Assembly: GCA_963733095.1 (NCBI GenBank)
Contig: CAVTBV010000016.1
Location: 1 to 64,000, forward strand
Direction of reading: 5' to 3'
Length of the DNA stretch: 64,000 nt
Source: Candidatus Bathyarchaeota archaeon
GTDB lineage: Archaea; Thermoproteota; Bathyarchaeia; Bathyarchaeales; Bathycorpusculaceae
Part shown: piece after piece, positions 55,449 through 64,000 of the stretch
Layout: each line of letters opens with the position of its first letter
Numbering within the stretch: the stretch's first letter is position 1
Notes under the pieces: model-generated
The model's database searches: none
The model's input: the letters and a program-made list of their open reading frames with translations, nothing else
What the model was told of the DNA's origin: nothing
Translations under genes and position numbers: made by a program

Positions 55449-58115
55449 TTATGGTCGCTTTCGCAGCATAAGCATTGCCAATATAAGGCCAATTATTGCG
55501 ACGAATACGAACAGCCCTATGATGGCGGGAATAAAGTATTGATCAGCCATAGATTGCGCTGGTTGTGTGGGTTGTGGAGTAGCTGCTGGGGCATCTTCAA
55601 TATTTACGGCTGTTTCTGCTGATGAACCGAAATACGATTCTGATCCTGCGAATCTAGCTATTATTGTGTATTTGCCTGAGACCTCTGGTGTGAAAGCTAA
55701 GCTATAGAGGCCTGATGCGTCACTTGTTGTTGTTCCGACTTCGTGGTAGTTGTTGTTTGGATCAAGCACTTCGATTATAACTTGAACACCTGTTGCATTT
55801 GTTGGCTGTGGTTGTTGCATGTAAAGGTATTCCATCCACGCTGACATGCTATCGTCAGATATAGCTGGTGTACCCTTAGCTGGGATTCCCAGACTAGTTT
55901 GCCCTGGAGATTGGTCGGTAACAGTGCCCTTCACAAGTATCTTTGTGCCCAGTACTTGAGTTGTTTCAGGTGCAGTTACTGTAGTGGCAGATAGTCCCTT
56001 TCCGTAACAGTAAAGCTGATTGTCATATGCATCTGGCATTAGCAAGTAGCCGTCTGCTAGGGCGCAGTTGGGTTGGTTTGTGATAACAAAGCTAGGCATA
56101 TCCCATATGAGTTCCCCTGTTGTGGCGTTTAAGCAGTATAGTTTGGAATTTTTGTATAGCGGTGGACTGTATACGTGGCCTCCTTGGGCGTAGATCTTTC
56201 CATCGGCTGCAACGGCTAGGTTGTAGAGAGGATACTCGCCGTATGGTGTTTCCAAACCGGCGTTTCCAGTGTAGAAGGTCCATAGTTTAGCTCCTGTTGT
56301 TGCGTTTATAGCGTACACGTATCCACCTAAATCAGTCATATAGACGGCGCCATAAGCGGCAATGTAGCTCTGACTGTAGTAACCATATATGTCATTGGGA
56401 TTCTCGATTGTTATCGGACCCCATACCAGTTGTCCTGTTTTGAGGCTAAAGGCTCTCCATGCCATCGTTTCCATATTGTATTCATAGTAGAATCCGTCTC
56501 CTGCAGCAGCCGCCACTGAAAGTCTGCACCATGGCGTTTCCTCCCGCCATATCGGACCCCAAAGTAGCGATCCATCTATTGCACTGTAGCCTGCTTGATA
56601 CACGTAACCCGGATTCCACGAGTAGGCGCTTACTTCTGGTGTGCTCGTCATAAGTAGTACATCGCTTGCGATTTTTGTAATAGATAGAGTTGGGCTGATT
56701 GCTATGCTTGTTCCATTGGGTGCAGTAATCGAGGTGACTAAAGGTTGTGACCACTGTATTCCTAAGTTCCAGTCAATACTTGCACCTTGTGGAGGAGCCC
56801 AGACCCAAGAATTAACGCTTCGTCCTGATGAATAGCTGTATTTCATGATTGCTAATGTTGAGTTCCACATGTTCAGAGTGCGAGTTGTGCCGTTAACGTA
56901 GTAGCCTATCAGGTTGCCGCGGTCGTCTGAAACAAGCGATGGAATTAGAGCGATTGGCACTCTAAGATCTGAACTTATTACAGCCTGCGATGTGGGTGCG
57001 TTGACGATATTCAATATCCAGTTACCTGTCATTGCGTCGTACATCTCCCATGTATTGTTGAACTGGTAAGCTCCTGATGTTGTACCCATATATGGTGATG
57101 GTGGTAAAGCCCATAGGTATGGTATGCCTCCGTACTGGTTAGGATTTATGACATTCACTATTTGGCCTGTCCTTAGCACTGAGGTAGTGTTCTTAGTCCA
57201 TACTTCTTGTCCGGTGCGCAAGTCTAATGCAACCCAGCCCGCTGGGTTTGCTGTGCTGCCTGGAATCAGATTGTAATAGACTATTCCGTTTATGATTATT
57301 CCACCCCATTTGGGTTGGTACATATTGTTTGAATTGTAGTTGCTTCCGTATTGGGTGCCGCCAAAGTCTCCTCCCATTATGCCACCAAAGGAATATGGTT
57401 TTGTCCAAAGTATGTGACCGCTGTTTGGTGCGGTGGTATATGGATTGAAGTTTGCAGTTAGATTATAATAGCCTCCTCCTGCTGCTCCGCCTCCTGATCC
57501 TAGAGTATACCCAAGCCAGTTTCCAGCGATCTTGTACCAGTCAAGATTCGTTGATATTATTGGACGTTGCCAGTAACCGGTTGGAAGTGGCGTGTTCGGC
57601 GAAACCGTAATTGCCTCTTGCTGTACAGTGAGAGTCATTTTTGGGCTAGTGCTGGCTTCAAAATAATCACCAACAAAGATTGCGTTATAGGTGCCTATGA
57701 GTGGGCTCGGGTTGGAACCTGCTACAGTTTCTCCTGGAAAGTTAAACACGAAAGTGTAGTTGCCGAGTTGAGTCGGCGTATACGTAGTTGCTGCACCTCC
57801 TGCGGCGTCGGATGCGAATGGCCCCAATGTTTCGGTTTTTCCGTCGGGCGTAGTAACTGTAACAACAAAATTATGCCATCGGTCACCGTATTCTTGATAT
57901 GCTGTTGGAGGTAATTTGTCAAGCCAAAAGCCAATGTATGCGGTTTGGCCAACGCCAACGGGATTAGGCATGACGCTGAGATAAGCGTAAGTCGGGACGG
58001 TTGCAGCGGGAGTATGTGCATTAGAAGTTGGCACTAAATCCATTGAGGCTCCCATAGAAATTGTTAGAATTGCTGCGATCAAAATAGCCATAGTTGTTCC
58101 TTTAAAATTTTTCAT
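55449..58115 (-). CDS. PQQ-like beta-propeller surface protein
   Basis: Intact; ATG at 58115 follows AGGAG; TM + RKRP terminus. Confidence 0.88.
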   Translation of the reverse strand: MKNFKGTTMAILIAAILTISMGASMDLVPTSNAHTPAATVPTYAYLSVMPNPVGVGQTAYIGFWLDKLPPTAYQEYGDRWHNFVVTVTTPDGKTETLGPFASDAAGGAATTYTPTQLGNYTFVFNFPGETVAGSNPSPLIGTYNAIFVGDYFEASTSPKMTLTVQQEAITVSPNTPLPTGYWQRPIISTNLDWYKIAGNWLGYTLGSGGGAAGGGYYNLTANFNPYTTAPNSGHILWTKPYSFGGIMGGDFGGTQYGSNYNSNNMYQPKWGGIIINGIVYYNLIPGSTANPAGWVALDLRTGQEVWTKNTTSVLRTGQIVNVINPNQYGGIPYLWALPPSPYMGTTSGAYQFNNTWEMYDAMTGNWILNIVNAPTSQAVISSDLRVPIALIPSLVSDDRGNLIGYYVNGTTRTLNMWNSTLAIMKYSYSSGRSVNSWVWAPPQGASIDWNLGIQWSQPLVTSITAPNGTSIAISPTLSITKIASDVLLMTSTPEVSAYSWNPGYVYQAGYSAIDGSLLWGPIWREETPWCRLSVAAAAGDGFYYEYNMETMAWRAFSLKTGQLVWGPITIENPNDIYGYYSQSYIAAYGAVYMTDLGGYVYAINATTGAKLWTFYTGNAGLETPYGEYPLYNLAVAADGKIYAQGGHVYSPPLYKNSKLYCLNATTGELIWDMPSFVITNQPNCALADGYLLMPDAYDNQLYCYGKGLSATTVTAPETTQVLGTKILVKGTVTDQSPGQTSLGIPAKGTPAISDDSMSAWMEYLYMQQPQPTNATGVQVIIEVLDPNNNYHEVGTTTSDASGLYSLAFTPEVSGKYTIIARFAGSESYFGSSAETAVNIEDAPAATPQPTQPAQSMADQYFIPAIIGLFVFVAIIGLILAMLMLRKRP

Positions 58116-58627
58116 CTTTCTTTTTCTCCTTAATTTTAATTGACCCAACAAATTGTTTTGAAATTTGTTTTAGTCAACATTATTGACTGTGTATGGATTT
58201 AGTTTATAAAACTGTGTGGCAAGTAGGTACTTACCATATAAAGTAACAATCAATTTTTTTGATACTAAAAAATTCTGAGGGTTTTCTGGGTCGAAACCTA
58301 AAATTGTGTTAGAATATTGGAGTGATTTCGTTGCTCTTTTGATGTCTGAATTATCCAACTTGCTGCAAATATGAATCAAATTCGTTGTCTACCAAGAGCT
58401 TCAATACATAGATTTATCAAATGAACACTTCCTGATGGTTAAGTGGCGATGCTTTTCCTTGGCACCTATTAAAATAAGACCCAAAAACACGAAAATTTGG
58501 TTGTCGATGTCGAAAACCCACTGTTAAGCCAAATAAAGCTGCGACCTTCCTTAACATTCTAGAAAAAGGAGGATACAGTAAATAGGGTCTTCGGGAGTAG
58601 CGTTTCCTTTCGGTATCGGTATATCAC

Positions 58628-59320
58628 TCAGAGATTGAAAAGAAAAAAGGGATTTTGCGGGAGACATCGCCACTCGGGGTATGTTCCTCCGAACTGAGCA
58701 ATTAACCCCAAATTGTTCCGGGCTTCCTGGTCAACGCGGTACCCACCAATTCTCTCCAAGGCCACCAACCGAGTGATGATGTTTTGGGGCTCATTTAAGA
58801 CAACGACTCTTCCCTGCACTGCCCCAACCAGTGGGTCAACGAACTCTTTGACGAGTGTCTCAACGATGTCTCTTTGAGGGTAATAGTCTGCATCAAAACA
58901 GAGCACTATTTCTCCTGTGCATTTGCTGAATCCGTGGTTCATAGCTGAGGCTTTTCCTCTTCTGCCGTTACTTCTATCACGGTTCAGGACTTCTATGTAT
59001 GGATATTTGGTTTTGAATTCTTCTGCAATTTGGCCTGTTTGGTCACTTGAAGCATCGTTGATTACTATTACTTGCAGTTTTTCTTTTGGGTAGGTAAGAG
59101 TTGTTATTCGTGAAAGTAATCGTCCCAAGACTTTTTCTTCATTGAACGCTGGGATGAGGATTGAAATGGTGGGTTCAAAGTTCGAATCTGCTTGGGTAGG
59201 CGACTTTGGTTTGTTTGCTGACCTCAACACAGAGAACGTAAAAATGTAGTGTCTCACAAGGTAAGCTATCATAACTGCTGTTAAGAAAAGAAAAAGGATT
59301 TCTAATGCTTCAAGGATCAA
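58628..59320 (-). CDS. 5' half of the split GT2 glycosyltransferase
   Basis: IPAFNEE, INDAS.D, GKASAMN, FDAD and AVQG motifs; after QFGGT it runs 17 codons into element DNA and stops. Confidence 0.9.
   Translation of the reverse strand: MILEALEILFLFLTAVMIAYLVRHYIFTFSVLRSANKPKSPTQADSNFEPTISILIPAFNEEKVLGRLLSRITTLTYPKEKLQVIVINDASSDQTGQIAEEFKTKYPYIEVLNRDRSNGRRGKASAMNHGFSKCTGEIVLCFDADYYPQRDIVETLVKEFVDPLVGAVQGRVVVLNEPQNIITRLVALERIGGYRVDQEARNNLGLIAQFGGTYPEWRCLPQNPFFLFNL
58682..58694. repeat. Right attachment site, direct repeat TGTTCCTCCGAAC
   Basis: Matches 18636-18648 and lies exactly where GT2-like sequence ends (QFGGT). Confidence 0.85.
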
Positions 59321-59742
59321 AGGCTGATCTTCCGGTAGACGTTGTCATTATTGAGAATTGTTAGACTTAATGACCAGAAGGATATAATCCAAAGTGAGCT
59401 TAGAAACGGAAAGAAAATCATGTAGAGAAAGTTGAAGTTCGCACCGAAGAAAACGGTTCCAGCAACGTCAAAGCTGTTAAAAGTTAAATTCCAGCATAAA
59501 CCAAGCAAATTACCCAATGTTAAGAGCCCAAGTTTTCGGTTGAAAGAGCCGTATAGCTGGAACATCAGGGTGATGAAAAGAACGTTAAAGATTACGAGAG
59601 TTGATGTGGATTGAATGTTTGCGGCTGAATATGCGTTTTTGATTAGGAAGTAGGATGCAGCGAGACAGAGAATTATTGCTTCGACAAAGAAAACAGTAAC
59701 AATTCGATTTAAGACCTTCACTCTGCCCTTTCCTTCCCTCAC
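59317..59742 (-). CDS. Membrane protein translationally coupled to GT2
   Basis: About 4 TMs; its stop overlaps the GT2 start. Confidence 0.6.
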   Translation of the reverse strand: MREGKGRVKVLNRIVTVFFVEAIILCLAASYFLIKNAYSAANIQSTSTLVIFNVLFITLMFQLYGSFNRKLGLLTLGNLLGLCWNLTFNSFDVAGTVFFGANFNFLYMIFFPFLSSLWIISFWSLSLTILNNDNVYRKISL

Positions 59743-59829
59743 ACAGCTATCAATAGAGCGCTTATTTGTTATGTTGAGCTTTTAACACATTTGTAACTGG
59801 ATTATAGAAGATAGCTCTACTCAAAGAAA

Positions 59830-60441
59830 CTAAACATTTGGACCAGAAAGAGCCACGTTATCGATTACTCGACACAGAACCTCGAACACTTCATTCACAC
59901 TCAAGTTATCTGTATCTAAAATAAAGTCAAACGGCTTGAAATCTTCACCTAACCCAAAACCATACAGCGACTTGTATATAGCTTTGGTCCGCGTCTCCTT
60001 TTCCTTCAACACCACAAAGGCTTCCGAAACCGTCATTCCATCTCTTACAGCAACTCTTGCAGCTCTCTTCTCAAATGAAGCTTCTAGCCAAATCTTAAAA
60101 CCTTCCTTTAACAGCCAAGGCATAGTCCAACTGTCCAAAAGAACATTTCCTTGTTGGGCATACTCTAAGAGTTTATCATCGACTGTCTTGTCAAATTTAG
60201 GGTCGTTGGTTCTTTCATTGAGAAAATTTAACCCTTCGGGGCTCTCCCACCAGCCCTGAACTGAAACATCGTAACCTTCCTGCTTTGCCAGATCTTTTAA
60301 AACGTCTCCACCTGAAAAGTATCTTAAATGGTATTTTTCAGCGAGTTTCTTGGACAGGGTGCTTTTTCCTGTTCCAGCCATTCCCGATATGCAAATGACG
60401 GTTTTTTTGGCGGCGTTGCAGGTTTTTTCTTGTTCGGCCAT
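59830..60441 (-). CDS. cmk: Cytidylate kinase (archaeal type)
   Basis: ISGMAGTGKST; located downstream of secY/DUF106. Confidence 0.88.
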   Translation of the reverse strand: MAEQEKTCNAAKKTVICISGMAGTGKSTLSKKLAEKYHLRYFSGGDVLKDLAKQEGYDVSVQGWWESPEGLNFLNERTNDPKFDKTVDDKLLEYAQQGNVLLDSWTMPWLLKEGFKIWLEASFEKRAARVAVRDGMTVSEAFVVLKEKETRTKAIYKSLYGFGLGEDFKPFDFILDTDNLSVNEVFEVLCRVIDNVALSGPNV

Positions 60442-60464
60442 TTGGCTCCACCTAGTTTTTGCTG

Positions 60465-60992
60465 TTAGACTGGTCCTTGTTCAATTGGCATTATGCCTAT
60501 AATGCGAGAGGAAAGCAACCCGAAGAACAGTGAACAGATGGGGTACCAGTAGAATACTGGGATTGCATTAGGAGATACCTTAGATAAGCCATCAACAATG
60601 TGATGTGCATTGGCAATCGAGCCTATTCCAGGAATGAAAGCCATCTGGGTGCTGCCAAATACAGGCGTCAAGACTAAGAACCAAACGATAAGATACACAA
60701 AAGATATTCCGAACTGGGCAATTTGAGGTTTCATCATTTTTGCTTGCATATTCTTTATTTGAGAATCTTTCTTCTTTAGTTTTTCAACTTGCTTTTTATC
60801 GTTTGCACGCATAGCAGCCATGGTTTCTGAGCGGTACTCAGCCATTTCTTTTTGCATGACACGGTATTGTTCCCAGCCGACGAAGTAGTTGATTAAAACT
60901 CTGTTAATTCCAGAGTTTAAGAAAGCAATTCCAGCTGCAATAGCCATAATGATTAAAGTTGCCAAAGGCAACGAGGTAACTACTTCAGACAT
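60465..60992 (-). CDS. DUF106 / EMC3-TMCO1 (Oxa1 superfamily) membrane protein
   Basis: TM, coiled coil, MMKP and FYWY..CS; conserved context. Confidence 0.85.
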   Translation of the reverse strand: MSEVVTSLPLATLIIMAIAAGIAFLNSGINRVLINYFVGWEQYRVMQKEMAEYRSETMAAMRANDKKQVEKLKKKDSQIKNMQAKMMKPQIAQFGISFVYLIVWFLVLTPVFGSTQMAFIPGIGSIANAHHIVDGLSKVSPNAIPVFYWYPICSLFFGLLSSRIIGIMPIEQGPV

Positions 60993-61140
60993 TTGGTTTT
61001 CCTCTTACCGCTCTAAGTCTATGCCTACATGTTTCTTATTAATAACCGTTTTCACCTATTTCGGCTCTAAACGAGCTAAAACTGTTTTTAAATTTTGGGG
61101 AAGCATGGGGACATTGGTTTCAATTAGAAATTTGCCGCTT

Positions 61141-61680
61141 TCAGGGTGACGCGGCTTTGGCAATTTCACGTGCCCAAGCTTCAATACTGCTCCAATCTCT
61201 AGTATCTTTCACTTTGGTAGTATCTAAACCGTTTTTCCGCAGCTTTTTCCGGTTAACCCTAACGAGAACGTCAACGAATAAACCGTGACTTTTGCTGAAG
61301 TCCAAGAACCCGCCGAATAAACCTAAACCAAAGGGTTTCAGCCCGAATTTTTCGGCCGTTTTTTCCAGATAAAGTTTTTTTGCTTTCTCTCGGGATTCTT
61401 TTCCTCCGTCAGCCATTTGTCCGCTAACAAACAAAGCAGTCTTCTTGGCCCTGAGAGAAACTGCGTTTTTTTCCATGAAATTAAGGGTTTCGTTGGTCCA
61501 TTTGTCGGCTCTCATACCGCTTCCTACGACGATGAGGTCGTATGAGTCAACGTTTTGGGGGCTGCGTTTGGCATCGACTACGTTGACAGCGCAGCCTTCT
61601 TCTTTTAGGACTTCACCAATTTTTTCAGCTACCTTAACGGTGCTTCCCCATCTAGTCCCGTAGATTACTAGTACATTCAT
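61141..61680 (-). CDS. Flavodoxin-domain protein (HemG-like)
   Basis: YGTRWGST..VAE.I, YDLIVVGS and DTRDW motifs. Confidence 0.85.
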   Translation of the reverse strand: MNVLVIYGTRWGSTVKVAEKIGEVLKEEGCAVNVVDAKRSPQNVDSYDLIVVGSGMRADKWTNETLNFMEKNAVSLRAKKTALFVSGQMADGGKESREKAKKLYLEKTAEKFGLKPFGLGLFGGFLDFSKSHGLFVDVLVRVNRKKLRKNGLDTTKVKDTRDWSSIEAWAREIAKAASP

Positions 61681-61860
61681 AATTTTTTCACGCTTTAAAT
61701 AATTCTTAGTTAATAGGTTTTCGATGAAGGAATTTATTAATCATATTATGGACAAATAAGCATCCCAATGTATTTAGGCCAAATTAAAAAGTTTCTTTCT
61801 TTGACTATCAGGCTTAATTGAACAAAAAAGGAAAAGATTGGTGTGGATATTTTTGATAGT

Positions 61861-63294
61861 CTACTCTCCTAGAATTCTTCGGAAGGCAGGGAACATTTCT
61901 GCGGCGCGTTCACGCATTAGCAATTCATAATACTGGTAAATGATGCCTACTGACAGCAAGATACCTGTACCTGAACCGAAGGCGCCAAAGAAATCGGAGA
62001 GCCCAGCTAAGAGACCAACGATTATGCCACCTAACACTGTGACTACAGGTATGTAGCGTTTGAGTATTGCTTCGATTGGTCGTCCTGAGCGTCTGTAGCC
62101 GGGAATTTGCATTCCGCTATCCATTAGTTGCTTTGCAACTTTTGAGGGCCCTAAACCGCCGACTTCAAGCCAAATCAGTGAGAAGATTGCACAGAACACT
62201 GTGATTATACCTAGGTAAACAAATGCCTGTAGCGGTGCATTGATGACTCCTATTATGTTACGCGGTGACGTGACATAGTATGCCAAGCCACCTACAGTTT
62301 GGACACTTGAACTAACCTGTCCACTAGCTGCAGTAGTTGTTGTAACGTTATAGTCGCCTATTATCTGGAAGAACCAATTTGTTCCCGGTGCTGGTCGTCC
62401 GAATTGGCTCCAGAGTAGTTGGCTGAAGAAGTATACGTTTGCGAAGAGTGCTGAAGCAAAGATAACTGGCAAGTTTGATACGTAGAGGAGCTTGATTGGG
62501 TATCTGCTTCGGAACCCTTTGTATCCTGCATAACTCATCGGAAGCTCAATTCTAATTCCTTGGAAGTATATGACAACCATGAAAACAACGATTGTCGCAA
62601 TGAATCCCAGTAGTGAGGGTAACCCAGATGAGGTGCCGAAGACCCATTGGCTAGTGGTCAGATGACCACCCAAGAGCTCGGATAGTTGATTAACGAACAA
62701 GCCGGATGAGGGTGACAACGTGGACCATATGATGTTTTGGGCAACTCCAGCCATGATGAATAAGCTGATTCCGCTACCTAGTCCCCAGCCTTTCTGGACA
62801 AGTTCGTCCATCAACATAACGATTATGCCCGCAACCAGTAATTGTATAAAAATAACTATAATTGTGGGTCCTGCCAAGCTGCCGTACATGCCGCTTATTA
62901 TGTATGCACCTGCTTGGATTCCAGTTAATGCGATGCTGAAAACTTTGCTTGCTGAGGTAAAAAGTCCTCTGTCTTCAGAGTTCGACATGTCGCACTTGAT
63001 AATGTTGGAGCCAGCGAGTAACTGTAGAATTAATCCAGCCGTGACTATAGGGCCAATACCTAGCTCCATCAGGGTGCCACGATTAGAAGCGAAAATTACT
63101 CTTAAAGCCCCAAATTGATCTGCGGCTGAGGCTGCAACCCCGTAGAGCGGGATTTCAGTCATAACAAGGAAAATAACGAGAACGAGGGCTGTCCAGAAGA
63201 TTTTTTCGTTGAAGCTGACTTTCCGTTCAGGCTTCTTTATTTCAGGTAAAACTCTTCCAATTGGTTTGAAGAGGCTGAGGAATCTTCCGGGCAT
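61861..63294 (-). CDS. secY: Preprotein translocase SecY
   Basis: GTLMELGIGPIVTA, YPIKLLY.SN.P and GSGTGILL motifs. Confidence 0.97.
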   Translation of the reverse strand: MPGRFLSLFKPIGRVLPEIKKPERKVSFNEKIFWTALVLVIFLVMTEIPLYGVAASAADQFGALRVIFASNRGTLMELGIGPIVTAGLILQLLAGSNIIKCDMSNSEDRGLFTSASKVFSIALTGIQAGAYIISGMYGSLAGPTIIVIFIQLLVAGIIVMLMDELVQKGWGLGSGISLFIMAGVAQNIIWSTLSPSSGLFVNQLSELLGGHLTTSQWVFGTSSGLPSLLGFIATIVVFMVVIYFQGIRIELPMSYAGYKGFRSRYPIKLLYVSNLPVIFASALFANVYFFSQLLWSQFGRPAPGTNWFFQIIGDYNVTTTTAASGQVSSSVQTVGGLAYYVTSPRNIIGVINAPLQAFVYLGIITVFCAIFSLIWLEVGGLGPSKVAKQLMDSGMQIPGYRRSGRPIEAILKRYIPVVTVLGGIIVGLLAGLSDFFGAFGSGTGILLSVGIIYQYYELLMRERAAEMFPAFRRILGE

Positions 63295-63303
63295 TTAGAG
63301 GTT

Positions 63304-63714
63304 TTACTCTCCGTTGGTTTGGGGAGCTACGATTTTTCCGCCTGCTTGGACGACTTTTTCTGCCGCGGACTTTGAATGTGACGCTACATGTATAGTTAGG
63401 GGTTTAGTGATTTTTCCTGCGCCCAAGAGTTTGGTGTACCCAAGGTCGGTTAGGTTGATTTCGGGTCCCTGTGCGAGTTGGTCGAGTTTGATAAGGTTGA
63501 TTGTGTTTTCTTTTGTGTGTAGGCTTTGGGGTGAAGTGAAACCGTGTTTTCCGAAATAGTTGGGTTCAGATGTAACGATTAAGCTCCAGAGGTGTTTGTG
63601 GCGTCCTACTTTTCTTGCACCTTTACTGCCACTGTCTCTGTGCTGCCCTATTCTTCCGTAACCTTGCGTTCTTGAGCCTCTTGTTTTCCTGATTTTTCTT
63701 AGTTTATGTGGCAT
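63304..63714 (-). CDS. rpl15: 50S ribosomal protein uL15
   Basis: RGSRTQGYG, YFGKHGF and KLLGAG motifs; upstream of secY. Confidence 0.95.
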   Translation of the reverse strand: MPHKLRKIRKTRGSRTQGYGRIGQHRDSGSKGARKVGRHKHLWSLIVTSEPNYFGKHGFTSPQSLHTKENTINLIKLDQLAQGPEINLTDLGYTKLLGAGKITKPLTIHVASHSKSAAEKVVQAGGKIVAPQTNGE

Positions 63715-64000
63715 TTTGATCCGCTTCTTTATCTAATGTTTGTGCTTTTTTAAGCTTGATTTCGAGCACACCATTCTTGAATTTGGTGTGCATCGCGTTG
63801 GGAATCACTACCGTCGGAAGATTTAAACTTTTATAGTATCTTCGATCTTTTGACTTTGCCGACAGCGTAATTTTCTGGTCTTTCACACTTATCTTGAGAG
63901 ATTCCTTATTAAAGCCTACTATTTCTGCTACGATGGTAACAAAGTTGTTTTCTTGGAAGATGTCGATTAAAGGCTTTTGTTCTGCCAGGTTGCGTTTAAC
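63704..64000 (-). CDS. Hsp20/alpha-crystallin protein, 5' end outside the window
   Basis: PLIDIFQE...VAEI.G and KFKNGVLEIKL. Confidence 0.8.
   Translation of the reverse strand, partial: VKRNLAEQKPLIDIFQENNFVTIVAEIVGFNKESLKISVKDQKITLSAKSKDRRYYKSLNLPTVVIPNAMHTKFKNGVLEIKLKKAQTLDKEADQNAT

Larger units (their letters stand above)
18640..58685. mobile_element. 40,046-bp integrative element inserted in the GT2 gene
   Basis: Bounded by direct repeats exactly at the GT2 breakpoints; terminal tyrosine integrase; accessory cargo. Confidence 0.88.

Noticed and set aside
37871-58115. Diversity-generating retroelement acting on the beta-propeller genes
   Set aside because: There is no reverse transcriptase, and I saw no template/variable repeat pair with adenine-specific differences.
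18649-58681. GT2 interruption as a self-splicing intron or intein
   Set aside because: No GUGYG 5' end, RT/maturase or intein motifs are present; direct repeats plus an integrase fit DNA integration.

Overview
Archaeal chromosomal window. The gene content (expanded PQQ-like beta-propeller surface proteins ending in RKRP, a Zn-ribbon tyrosine integrase, many small wHTH proteins) suggests Candidatus Bathyarchaeia; this assignment is an inference. The left flank (1-18.6 kb) has housekeeping and DNA-repair genes: an ATP-dependent ligase, a RadA-like protein, ThiF, ArsB, ilvC and a complete NHEJ operon (PrimPol, Ku, ligase-phosphoesterase fusion, DUF72). The right flank (58.7-64 kb) has cmk, DUF106, secY, rpl15 and Hsp20. 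Main observation: a cellulose-synthase-like GT2 gene is split into two intact halves about 40 kb apart (5' half 59320-58686, 3' half 18648-17997). Both halves carry the direct repeat TGT(A/T)CCTCCGAAC, and a tyrosine integrase ends 30 bp from the left copy. Recombination between the repeats would remove 40,046 bp and restore a 425-aa in-frame GT2, as in skin/SPbeta/nifD-type gene-interrupting elements. The cargo includes a type I R-M system, HEPN and DUF5655 genes, a virus-like ParB/ABC-GNAT remnant, five beta-propeller surface-protein paralogs and a repeated structured intergenic element. Many cargo genes carry frameshifts or stops, from either decay or assembly error.
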